From NCBI GenBank assembly GCA_965237675.1, contig OZ250150.1, positions 1,920,001-1,984,000 of the forward strand: a DNA stretch of 64,000 nt, in the 5' to 3' direction. A program made the position numbers and the translations under genes. The DNA comes from Candidatus Latescibacterota bacterium. Lineage in GTDB: Bacteria; Latescibacterota; UBA2968; GCA-2709665. Every line of letters begins with the position of its first letter. Positions within the stretch are counted from its first letter, which is position 1. This document shows, one piece after another, positions 21,562-32,600 of the stretch. Under the pieces are notes generated by a model that had not been told where the DNA came from, made no database searches, and saw only the letters and a list, made by a program, of their open reading frames with translations.

Positions 21562-23469
21562 CTACGGATAACGCCGATCCGCCGGTTTCACCCACCATTC
21601 CAGAAAGTCGGTCCATCCCGAGGGATACCAGTTCACCCCTCGAAACCGCCGGCTGTAGGCCGTCACCGAGCGCCCGACGAAAAGAAACGTATGCGGCTGT
21701 TCTTCATGCAGGATTTCCTGGAGCCTCCGGTAGAGTGAAATCCTTCGTTCCGCGTCAAACGTACGGCGATACCGTTCCAGTATCCGATCCGCTTCTTCGT
21801 TCTCAAAACAGGAAACATTCGCGCCTTCTTTGACTTCCGACGAATGCCAGCTTGAATAGAGATCCAGCGGCAGCGCCGGATGGCTTCCCACGCCGGTGAA
21901 CAACGCCGTGAAGTCACGCTTTCGCAGCCGCTGCAGGAAAATGGAACGATCTATTTCACGCACTCTGCAATCGATTCCCACGTCCGCCAGTTCATTCTGC
22001 AACACCAGGCCGATATCCTTGCTGAGTTGAGAACCGGCCGGCACCAGAAATTCAAACTCAAATGTAGTCTTGACGCTATCCACAACCCGATCCAGAACCC
22101 CGTCGCCGTCGGTATCCCGCCAGCCGGCCGCCTGCAGCAATTCCAACGCCCGATCGCGGTTGTATCGGAGAGGTTCCAGGCCTCCGTGATATTCCGGCCG
22201 GGACATATGCACCGGTCCGTCGATGGTAACGCCAAGTCCGTAGATCAGATTTCGAATGATGCTCCTGCGCGGCGTCAGATGCGTCATGGCCCTGCGGACC
22301 CGTTTATCGCGAAAAATGGGATGGGTATTGTTCCACGCGATAAAATTGATACCGCTTGCGTACCGAATCGCCTTCAGAAAGCGTGACGTGAATTCAGGTG
22401 ACCAGCTTTTCTCTTTAAATGGCAGGGGATACATGTTCAGAACGTCCAGGTTTCCGTTGTTCAGTTCGATAAACGCGGCATCCGGATTAACGACCACTTT
22501 GAAAATCAGTTTGTCCACGTACCCCGAAGGAGGAAGGTCCTTTTTGCCGCTTCCCCAATAGTTCGGATCACGATCCAAGACGGTCTTCCCTGTCGTCGCA
22601 TCGTTTTCAGCATCGGCCAGCACATAGGGGCCGGAACCCAGCACGCGCCGGCTGAAGTCCCGGTTGAACCGCTCCGCGAAAAGGCGCACCCGATCGGCCT
22701 GCGGACCCGCCTCCCACGAACCATTGATGAGATCCTCAACAGCCACGCGATCCATCAACCCGTCCGGGTCGTAGAAGTGTTTCGGCAAAATCCATCGCCG
22801 TCCGAGGTTGATCGCATTATAGAAATAGCGTTCGCCGTATACAAACGTGATTTTATACGGACCCTCCTGTCGGATTGCTTGAAGGTCCTTGAATCCGCTC
22901 CGCGTAAATCCCGATAGCTGAACCTCCGGATTCTTGATGACCTTAAAGGTGAACAATACATCGGCGGCGGTCAACGGCCTGCCGTCCGAAAAATGAATAT
23001 CTTCGCGAAGATCGAACGTATAGGAAAGCTTGTCCCGCGACACTGCCGGATACGCCCTCGCCAATCTTCCCTTGAATCTGTATGGCGGCGTCTTCTCCAT
23101 ATACAGAAGTGACTCGAACATGTTCTCCAGGATTCTGTGAGACGTGTAGTTCATTTTCCTGTAGGGGTTGAGCGATGCCGGTTCCGAAAAGGCATGCAGG
23201 ACCAACCAGTCTCCGAAGGCAGGGCGTTCCTTGCCTGTGTACCGTGCCGAAACCTTTTCGGTCCCGTCCAGAACCATCAGCCCCTGATCGTCTGCAAGGA
23301 TTTTTTCCACCTTTTCCCATATTTCATCGGCCCCGGCCTGTTCAATGCTCATGATCAAGCAAGGGAACAGGGCGAACATAAACACTCGTGCACATCCCGA
23401 TCTGTTACGGCTCATTACTGTCTTCCAATTCCCATCATCGAGAATACGCTGCATTCGCGCGATCTTCAT
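21562..23469 (-). CDS. Family 5 (peptide/nickel) ABC substrate-binding protein
   Basis: SEPASLNP; YTFDLREDIHFSDGRPLTAADVLFTF; GSGPY; FRDKRVRRAM; LQEILHEEQP. Start may be somewhat downstream. Confidence 0.9.
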   Translation of the reverse strand: MKIARMQRILDDGNWKTVMSRNRSGCARVFMFALFPCLIMSIEQAGADEIWEKVEKILADDQGLMVLDGTEKVSARYTGKERPAFGDWLVLHAFSEPASLNPYRKMNYTSHRILENMFESLLYMEKTPPYRFKGRLARAYPAVSRDKLSYTFDLREDIHFSDGRPLTAADVLFTFKVIKNPEVQLSGFTRSGFKDLQAIRQEGPYKITFVYGERYFYNAINLGRRWILPKHFYDPDGLMDRVAVEDLINGSWEAGPQADRVRLFAERFNRDFSRRVLGSGPYVLADAENDATTGKTVLDRDPNYWGSGKKDLPPSGYVDKLIFKVVVNPDAAFIELNNGNLDVLNMYPLPFKEKSWSPEFTSRFLKAIRYASGINFIAWNNTHPIFRDKRVRRAMTHLTPRRSIIRNLIYGLGVTIDGPVHMSRPEYHGGLEPLRYNRDRALELLQAAGWRDTDGDGVLDRVVDSVKTTFEFEFLVPAGSQLSKDIGLVLQNELADVGIDCRVREIDRSIFLQRLRKRDFTALFTGVGSHPALPLDLYSSWHSSEVKEGANVSCFENEEADRILERYRRTFDAERRISLYRRLQEILHEEQPHTFLFVGRSVTAYSRRFRGVNWYPSGWTDFLEWWVKPADRRYP

Positions 23470-23782
23470 TCTTGATCGCGTCCAACGATCCGTTTATGGA
23501 TCGCTACGACCGTTCACAAAATCCGCAGAATACACATCGAGTGCCGCCTACCACCGAGTCCCTGCAGTTGGGTCATGGAATACCTCCTATTGCCAATTGG
23601 ACCGGGTGTTCCTGCGATCCCGTCCGAAGATGACAATGAACCGCTGAAGACTGAAGGCGGGGTATTACGGGAGGAGTTCCACGGCGTAACGTGGAATAAA
23701 TGTCTCACCAGTGGTTCTGGCGCCCTGGATGCGGTCTACCCGGTAGCTGCCGGCTAGTCGGAAAGTCCGGCAAGAGGGACTA

Positions 23783-25034
23783 GTGGTCGATTTCAGAAAT
23801 AGGTATAATGTTGTCTGGAACCGGGTGTGTGCTTATAATAAGGTTGTCTCCCCGACCGCGTTGGGAGGTAACCGATGCCTGGACCGAAGCCGAAGTATCA
23901 ACCCGAGTTTGAGACGGAGGAGATCGCAGAGGCTCGTAGGATTGCACGACAACGAACGGCACCCAGCTCCCATGTTCACCGGGCCAAGATGGTCGTGATC
24001 TTGTCGGAGCATCCGGACATCTCGCACGAGAGGCTGGCTCAAGCCGTTGGGGTGCACCCGAGAACGGTGATGAAATGGCGAAAGCGCTGGTCGGTTGAGG
24101 GTTTTTCACTGTTGGATCAGCCTCGTAGTGGAAGACCCCCGGTTTTTCCCCCCCGAAAGCGTCGCTGAAATTAAGGCCATCGCCTGCCAATTGCCAGCCG
24201 TGCGGGAGATCCCGCTTTCCCGCTTCAGCCTCGCAGAGATGCTTCGGGAAATCCGTTCGGAGTCCACCGTGTCGATCTCCAGGAGCACGCTGTGGCGTCT
24301 CCTCAAACAGGACGCCATTCGTCCCTGGTTTCACCGATCCTGGATCTCTGTCAAGGATCCGCGCTTTCTGGAAAAAGCGGGCCCCGTTTTGGATCTGTAT
24401 CAAGGTGATTATGAGGGCGTGCCACTGGGGCCCAAAGACTACGTCCTCAGTGCGGACGAGAAATCGCAGCTCCAGATCCTGGAGCGGGAGTTCCCGTGTT
24501 CACCGCCGGGACCGGGCAAACCCATTCACTGTGAGTCGGACTACAAGCGCCACGGGACCGTGGCCTACCTGGCCGCACTCGATATCAGAAGCGGAAAAAT
24601 CTTTGGTCGTGTGGATCAAACCACGGGGATCGAACCCTTTCAGGCTCTGGTCGACCTCGTGATGAAGCAGGAGCCGTATGCTTCGGCCGAACGCGTGTTC
24701 TGGATCCTCGACAATGGGGCTTCCCATCACCCGTCGACCTCCCCTGCGCGACTCCGGAAGGCTTACCCGAACCTGATCGCCATCCATCTTCCCGTCCACG
24801 CAAGCTGGCTCAACCAAATCGAGATCTACTTCTCTATCCTTCAAAGAAAGGCACTTACGCCCAACGACCTCGCAGACAGAAAGCAAATGGAAGACCGAAT
24901 CCTCGGTTTTGAGCGCCGCTACAACCAAACTTCCAGACCCTTCAACTGGCGATTCACCCGCAACGACCTCGAAGAAAGGCTCCGCGAACTCAAAATCGCC
25001 GCCTAACTTGATACTAACTTCTGAAATCGACCAC
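23783..25034 (+). mobile_element. IS630-family insertion sequence
   Basis: Perfect 16-bp terminal inverted repeat GTGGTCGATTTCAGAA / TTCTGAAATCGACCAC, with TA on both flanks (23781-23782, 25035-25036). Confidence 0.95.
23875..25006 (+). CDS. IS630 transposase in two frames (HTH part 23875-24168; DDE part to 25006), joined at a T5C7 run
   Basis: HTH and PRSGRPP in orfA; SADEKS, WILDNG, HLPVHASWLNQIE in orfB; frame change at 24143-24154. Confidence 0.9.
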
Positions 25035-25037
25035 TAG

Positions 25038-26904
25038 CCCTTAAATAAGCGAGTATTGTTGTTTGCTGAACAGAAAGGCCAATTTGTGTTGCGGTTTGGT
25101 TGATAGAAGTATCGGTGCCGCCTAATGGGGTCGACGGGAGGTCGTTCTGCGGTTTGTTGCGTGTTTGTTTGAGTCGTAAAGCGACCCATTATTTGTGGGG
25201 TGGGCGTATTTGTCCGTTGCGTCGCGGTAGGCGTCGTGGGTCTGGTGGTCTATGGTCACGGTCCGTACCGGTGTCAGGTGAAGCCGGTGCGTTCGATGGT
25301 GGCCCAGGCGCTCAAGAGTCTATTCAGTGACGGCTGATAGCCGATGATGCGCACGGTGGTGCTTCGTGCGTGTCTCACGACACGACAGGGAAACAGGATG
25401 ATGTGTGAGAGGAAGGTCCGAAAGTCCATACGGATATAGTGTCGGCGATGGTTTTTTCGATGCATCATCAAGGCAAACCACGACTTGATGTTCCAGGCCA
25501 GCGCGGCGATGACCATGTAGGCCCAGTTGCTGATCAAGTCATACAAGGGCACGCGCAGGGCATTGACGCCGTTCTTGAGCTGTTCGATGACGTTTTCCTG
25601 GTCGCATCGTTTGTTGGCAGCAAAGACGACCTCGGCGGGGGTCAGGTCGTCGCGCGTGGTGATGTAGAAGAAATAGCGGATTTCGTCGAAGAGGGTCTGC
25701 TCACCTTTGGCCTTACTGATGTTTTTTCGCAGCGCCACAACGCGGTAGGACCGTTCGCACTTGCCGGGCTGATAGTCAAACTCAGCCACGTCTTCGAAGT
25801 TCAGCGCCAGCTTGAGGTAGCCCCGCGCCTTGACGATACGCTGCTTCTCATTGTCGCGCCGCCGCTTTTTCTGGGGTGCTACAGGTCGGTGCAGGCGCTG
25901 CCAGTTGGCTTCGTCAAGGGCCTCGGCGCGTGTTCGTAAGGCGTCATTGCAGTCCATCCCGAAGATGAAATCGACGTCCTTCGCCCAGCGATCGAGGTGA
26001 GCCGTAAGCGAAAAGTCCGTGTCGCCGCGTAGGCACACGCGCCCCGCGTGGGGCTTCACCACCCGGATGGACGCATCGATCCAGGGGGCGGCCCCCTGGT
26101 GAGAAGACGCGTTGCCCGGACGGTTGACGATATACAGCACCTCTTTGGTATTGGCCAACGATACGATCAGGGGCGCATACCCCCACACGCCCTTGTAGGA
26201 GATGTCCATGCCGCCCTTCTTCTCCCCATACGTCGGGGCGCTTGTGCCATCCACGTCGATGTACGCCACCGGAGAAAGCAAACTGGCAGCCCGCGTGCGC
26301 CACAACTTAGACCGTACCGCGTTAATGCAGTCCATCAGCCCGATCACGTCCGCTTCCGTGAAGCGACGCGTAAAGTCGCCCGCAGTCGTCGGGTCCGGGA
26401 TCAGCTTCGCGCTCAAGGCATTCATGTAGGCCCCGTCATGCCGCAAACGCTCGATGTCTTCCAGACGCGTGCCGCCGCACATCACGTTGTAGGCAAGGTT
26501 CAACACGTGATCCGACTCATGATACGGCAGATGCACCTTCAGCAACTTCAACGTCGCGTCGATGCCTTCGACCAAGCCCAACTTCGTCACCAGACGATGC
26601 ACGGCCGCTATGCCACCGTAACTCATCCCTTCCGGCTGGGCGCTGACCTCGTAATGCACATAGGTGCTGCCAAACATTGGCTTGCCTTGCGCACAAAAAC
26701 GACCGCCAAGCTGATGCCGAGCACGTACCTTGCGCCCACAATTAACACTGTTCCTGCGGCTTTCTTTTACCGATATTCTTTTCACCGGAAAGGCCTCCTT
26801 CGTTGGAGTAGCAATTTCTCGTCGGATACTGCTATCTTCAACAAAGATAAGTCTTTCCGGTACTTTTGTACATAAAAATCTCAAAAAACCCGCTTAATTA
26901 GAGA
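25038..26904 (-). mobile_element. IS1380-family insertion sequence
   Basis: Imperfect inverted repeats CCCTTAAATAAGCGAGT and (reverse complement) TCTCTAATTAAGCGGGT. CTAG target duplication: right copy at 26905-26908, left copy split by IS630. Confidence 0.85.
25274..26785 (-). CDS. IS1380-family DDE transposase
   Basis: IPDPTTAGDF, IDVDGT, YKGVWGYAPL, LRGDTDF, RCDQENVIEQLKNG; AGGAGG RBS before GTG at 26785. Confidence 0.9.
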   Translation of the reverse strand: MKRISVKESRRNSVNCGRKVRARHQLGGRFCAQGKPMFGSTYVHYEVSAQPEGMSYGGIAAVHRLVTKLGLVEGIDATLKLLKVHLPYHESDHVLNLAYNVMCGGTRLEDIERLRHDGAYMNALSAKLIPDPTTAGDFTRRFTEADVIGLMDCINAVRSKLWRTRAASLLSPVAYIDVDGTSAPTYGEKKGGMDISYKGVWGYAPLIVSLANTKEVLYIVNRPGNASSHQGAAPWIDASIRVVKPHAGRVCLRGDTDFSLTAHLDRWAKDVDFIFGMDCNDALRTRAEALDEANWQRLHRPVAPQKKRRRDNEKQRIVKARGYLKLALNFEDVAEFDYQPGKCERSYRVVALRKNISKAKGEQTLFDEIRYFFYITTRDDLTPAEVVFAANKRCDQENVIEQLKNGVNALRVPLYDLISNWAYMVIAALAWNIKSWFALMMHRKNHRRHYIRMDFRTFLSHIILFPCRVVRHARSTTVRIIGYQPSLNRLLSAWATIERTGFT

Positions 26905-29329
26905 CTAGACGTGCGCGCCGGACAGGCGGCGGCATCTCCGAGTCTGCACCCTTCACTGCCTTCCAGATGATCTGGCTGAAAAGATCGTCCGGCGCCTCGT
27001 CGACCTCCTCAAGCGGAAGCTCCTCGGAGATCCTGGCGCCGTACGCGTCCTCCTTGTTCATCGTGGTCAGACTGATGCGGGCCGGTTTCGTCTCGTACGG
27101 GCTCGGATCGAACGCCCCGGTGAAGCAGTCGAACATCGGCGTAGCGGCCGCGTCGTACTGACTCATCGGCGGGAGGCCCAGGATCAGCTCCATCGTCCGG
27201 AGGACGCTGGAGGTCGTGTAGAAGGTACTCACGGTTTTTCGCACGCGGGAGTAGGGGCTGACGACGATCGCAACGGAACGATGGGCGTCGACATGATCCG
27301 GACCGTTCTGCGCATCGTCCTCGACGACGAAGATGGCCATCTTCGGCCAGAGGGTGCTCCGGGAGGCCGTTTCTATTATCATCGCCATGCCGAGATCGTT
27401 CCGGGCCATCTGCGCGAACGGGGTGTACCATCCGGGGCGCGTACCCGAGGTGTGGTCGTCCGGCAGGGAGATCATCTGGAAGCGGGGGACCGTGCCCTCT
27501 CTTTCAAATTTTCAGAACTCCTCCATCCAGTCCTGCGCCCGCTCGATGTCCGTGTATTCCGTGCTCCGTCGACGGCTGAACGTGGGATGGACATGTCCCT
27601 TGAGGCTCTCGAACGCAGCCTCGATCTTCCCGTCTTTCTCCACGATCATCTCCCCGTAGCTTCGGAAAGAGATCCCCGCCGCCGCGCAGAGGTCCCAGAT
27701 AAATCCCGCGTCGGGAACGTAAAGGCCCGGGTCGTTGTAACGCATGCGCCCTCGCCCGGAATACCAGGGAGGCCAGGATTTCTCGGTGTGGTCCGTGGCG
27801 TACGCGGCGGTCGACCAGGAATGGCCATCGGCGCTCACTTCGGCGTCCACGTAAAAGTTGTCCAGGAGGCTGAACTCCCGCGCAAGCGCATGGTGATTGG
27901 GAGTAACCTCCTCCCCGAACAGGACGAGGGAGGTGTCCCCGTTCCCTTCCGGCATGTCACCGAAGATCTGGTCATAGGTCCGGTTCTCTTTAATGATGTA
28001 GATGACGTATTCGATCTTGCTCGAGGGCACGCCCACCTGGTCCGGGATAACGTCGGGCACGGGCGACTTCAACTCCGTCTGCTCGAGGAGGCGGTCCTTG
28101 TAGGGCGTGTTCCGATAGACCTGGCGGGTGTAGCGCGCGAGTTCCTGCGGTACAGGGGTCGGGATAATGGAGACCGCTCCGAGGATGATGTACCCGATAT
28201 ACTCGGTCTCCGGACCCCAATGGGTCGGCTGGGGCCCGTAAACGTTGGCAGACGAAACGGTTCCCTTCGCGTTCCCGACCAATATCCGCTTCCCGTCGAG
28301 CGTCATAGCGACGGCCGAAGGGTACCAACCGGTCGGGACGAAGCCACGGATTTCGCTCTTATCGGGCTCCGATATGTCTACGATGGCAACGTTGTTATTG
28401 TCCGCATTCGCCACGATCAGGCTCCTGCCGTCGGGGGAGAGGGCAAGGGCGTTCGGTGTACTGCCCTCGGGCGCTTTGGGATAGAGCGTCGTGACGATCG
28501 TCTCGACAACCTTTTCCTTCGACAGATCGATCGCGGAAACGGAGTTGGAATTGGCGTTGGCGACGAAAAGCCTGAGTCCGTCCGAGGTGATCGCCATGTC
28601 GTTCGGATGGCTTCCCACCGGGATCGTCTTCGACACCTTCCACGCAAGACGGTTGACGACCGCCACCTTCTTTTTGTTCCATAGGCTGACGTAGATGCTG
28701 GACCCGTCTTTCGAGAGCAGGCACTCGTAAGGGACGCCGCCGACGTCGATCTGTCGTACCATCTTCCTGCTGAGCAGGTCGACCTCGATAAGCGTCTCCT
28801 CCAGGATGTTTCCCACGTAGAGCAGGTTCTTCCGTTCATCGATCTCGATTCCCGAGAGGTAAGCATCTTTGACGACGGTCGTGTCCAGCTTGATCGGTGC
28901 CTTGAGCGCGAGGGGGCTCTCCGCATTCTTCGGGTCGAAGGTCAGGACTTCCACGAGCCGGCGTCTGCCTCCTGAAGCGTACAAACGGCTGTGCCCCTGA
29001 TGCAGGTCCAGACCCAGCCACGTTCTTTCCAACGCAATTTCCTGGACGCTGCGGCGGCTGAACAGGTCGACAACCGTAATACCGTGCTTGTTGAGCCCGG
29101 CCGTCAGCGTGAAGACAAAGCGACCTGCCGGGTCCAGGACGAAGTTCATCGGCAGGTCGCCCACTTCGATCTGTCGCCCTGCGGGGGTGAGCATCCAGCC
29201 GTTGGGCAGGAGGTAGCCCTGCGGCCCGGGGATAGGATGGTCGTCCGACCCGGTAGCGAAAGCGGTGCTTCCGAAGCACCCGGCGAGAAGGATCAAGCAC
29301 GTTGCTACTTCCATTGTTCCGTATCTCAT
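26894..29329 (-). pseudogene. YVTN/YncE beta-propeller + phosphoesterase (alkaline phosphatase superfamily), with internal stop
   Basis: LLPNGWMLTPAG; IPVGSHP/PTGWYP propeller repeats; YIIKENRTYDQIFGD; SADGHSW; EDDAQNGPDHVDAH. In-frame TGA at 27512-27514 (EEF*KFERE); 3' end cut by IS1380. Confidence 0.85.
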
Positions 29330-29663
29330 GGCGGACTCCCGGAGAATCTTCGTTGCACATTTGTTTGTGGTGTATGAAGGCGGATTTCTGTACGGCGATT
29401 TCGCTTTCCAGATACCGAAGCCATAGAAACGAAAGAGCGTCTGGTAAAGACCCGTGCGGCGATGGCCGAAATAAAAACCGAGACACAGGCTGAGTACGCG
29501 ACCAAACCGGCCGCAAATGAAGAAAAATTGAAGAAGCCCGAGTGCGGCGGGGGAGTGGACGATTAACGCGTCGTTAACGGGCTTGGGATTGGGGTGGGCT
29601 CTGCGACAGGTGGGGACTTCGATGTGAGTTCCGTTCGTCAGTGGCCGGTTGTCGTTGACAATC

Positions 29664-32600
29664 CTATTGCGTGATGACAAAAACTACGTTTTTCTCGGCC
29701 GTTTCGCCGCTGTTCAGGTCTATGATCGATACCTTTAGTGAATAGCGACCCGGTACCTGGTCGCCGAGGTCTAATTCAACATATTCCACTTCCTGAGCCG
29801 CCTCCCCCTGCTGTTCGTAGGTGATGGCCAGTTCTTCTCTCTTGCCGGTGCCCCACCGGAACAGGCGAGAGATGTTTCCCGCCCGCCCGGGCGTATCTCT
29901 CGAAGTAATGGTATAGGAGATCTTATAGTTCGTCTGCCCGAACTCGTCCTTCGCCAGATTGTAGATTTCGTAGTAGACGAATACGCTCTGTCCTTTTTTG
30001 TAAGTTCGGGACGGCATCGGGACGACGTACAGGTTTCCCTTGGTAAACTTCCCGGCCGTTTTTTCTTCGCCAACCTGCCACGCCAATTCCAGGTCGCTGA
30101 TCTGGAGTTGACTTTTTCCATATCGCTCCACGACGACCTGCTGTCGATAGGCGCCCATGCGTCCTCTCAGGCGGTCCTGTGACTTCACCTCCAGCCGATA
30201 GGCGCCCGGCGGAAGGCTTATCTTCAGGACGCCGGGAACCTGGATGCCCTCCCCGGCCTGGTTGCCGGCGGCTTCGTACGTCAACTCATCCGATTGCCGG
30301 TAGACCGTGTCCAATGAGGATGAAATGAGCGCGGCGTGGTGCGTCAGAACCTGCCGAGTCACGTTTTCTTTTGACATGTAGTGACCTGGAAGGATTGGAA
30401 CCCCATAGTAGATCTCCAATAAGCTGCCTTCGTCGTCGCCCTTGAAGTCAGCCAGCGAATAATGGAAATCAAGAGGCGGTGTTTCGTCTTCGGGGGCATA
30501 GAAATCGGGAGTACCCGACGCCGCTCGCCGGTAGACCGATTGTGGAGAGTGGGTGCTTAACGAAGCAGTCTGACGTATCGAAATCCCTCCCTGGTTCGGC
30601 GGCACCGGGGCATAATCATATGTTCCGGAACCGATTTCGTCCGTAAAGGTGATTTCAATGCCGCCTCCCACGTCGGTATAGATCCACGTCTCCCAGGGCA
30701 CCGTACTCGGATCGTCGCCTGCCGTAACCGGGTGATAGTCTCCGAATCCCAGCCGTTCGTCCATTGGCAAAATACCTATACGGACGATATCATCAGGCGC
30801 TGGTGACGGCGTCGTTACGCCTTCATCAACGGACGTGCTTTGTCCGGCAATCTCCGAGCCGTCGACCTCGCCGGCGCCCACATCACCGGCCCCGTCCTCA
30901 CCGGACGATGCCGATGCGTTCTCGATGTTGACCTCTCTCAGTTCATACCACGCGCCATCCAACTGCCCGAAGCCGCGTACGGGGTAAACAGGGCCGACAA
31001 ACGTATGCGCCCCGACGTCGCCCTTGTATATATTGAAAGCGAGGCGCTCCTTAACCCGCTGTACTTTCAGGCTTTGCTTGAAGTTGGGTTCGTCCGATCT
31101 TGATCGATGATCGGGTTCCCCGAACCGAATGTAGACCTCGCCTCGGACGTCCCAAGGCTTTTTGTTCTTGGAGAACTCCGTGAGCGCGTACCAGACCCTT
31201 CGGTAGTGTTCCACTAAACGCTCGTTAACGGGTGTGGATAGATCCGGGTCCTTGGAATTCCAAAAGCGTTTCAAATAGTCTGCGCGGTCTGCGCCCTCGG
31301 CTTCGTCAAGGGCTTTTAACTCTTCGGTAGACGCAATATGCGTTATATCTTCGTACAGTCTTCGTTTATCCGGATCAAGATTGGAAATGTAATCCTCGAA
31401 GAACCCCATTGCCATGTCCGGATTGTTCTGTTTGATGGCAGAAATAGCAACGATGGGCATCAGTTCGATCGTCTCCGGATGCCTTTGGACGAAGTCGAAC
31501 AGGTGGTTCATAATCTTGGAATAATCTCTGACTTTCAAGTATGCAATTCCAAGGCTACGTTGCGCATCCGCATCTTCCGGGCGAAGCGCGAGGTATTTTG
31601 TATACCATACAACGGCCTTTTCGAATTCCCAGGAAAAGTACAAATAATAGTCTGCAATTAACAAATGAGCACCGGCATGTTCGGGGTCCATTTCCAGCAC
31701 TCTTTTTGCCTCCAACTCCGCGTCGCGTTCTTTCATCGCATAACGCACTCTGGCCATCTGATATCGCGCATCCACAAAGTTCCGATCTTTGATCAGGGCC
31801 TCCGTAAAATGGTGGATGGCAAAATGGCGCTGCATCGGCCATGTCTTGTAAAGCATACCCAGACCATGGTGGGCCAGCGCCTTGCTGCCCAGGGTCAGGG
31901 CTCGATGAAACGCGTCCTTCGATTCCTCGAATCGGCTCAATGACAATAAAATGTGACCCAGCCGGATATAGGCATCAGGATCCTTTGGTCTTTGGCGCGC
32001 AATATTTCGGAAGATCAAGCGCGCCTGTTCCAGATTGTCCATGTCCAAAGCCAGGCGGCCAAGGGATGCAAGGCTATCTACTCTTGCCGGCTGTAGAGCT
32101 GATCTTTTCGTCAGATTCCCTTGGGGACCGGAGGTACCGTATATCTGCTCTCCACTGTGCCAGAAACAGGCGAGGGCCGGCGTGCCGGGCAACCTTTCGT
32201 GTTTGTAGAGATAATCGCTTAGAAATGGGTAATCAGAGTTTTCCGGGCAGGAGAACAGCACGCCAAGGATTGCTATCCTGCCTTTCCGTGCGTTCCCGGA
32301 AGGTGTATCTGCGACGATTCTTTGAACCGCCCATTGATGTAGTTCCCCAAGGTCCGAAAGATCCCTGTTGTCTTGGACTCGCTGAAATTCCTGTATCAAG
32401 CCCAACATCCCAATCATGTGCTCTTGACATATGACGGTTTCAATCATGTGTTTCTTTGAGTCGATCCAAAATTCACAGGCTTCGATATATCTTGCGCAGC
32501 TTTTCCTGGAAAGTCCGTATTTCGGGGCTTTATTGTAGAGGCGTCTAAATGCACTTCTGGCATTCTTGAACTTTTTAACCGCGTTCTTTTCGTTTCCTCT

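Noticed and set aside
23690-23720. tgtctca motif resembling the IS3-like end
   Set aside because: Only about 8 bp match, with no flanking similarity.
27512-27514. In-frame TGA as selenocysteine or recoding
   Set aside because: The context EEF*KFE is not a catalytic Cys position, TGA ends many other genes here, and a CGA>TGA nonsense change is simpler.
27281-28684. 467-aa plus-strand ORF
   Set aside because: Antisense shadow of the phosphoesterase gene.
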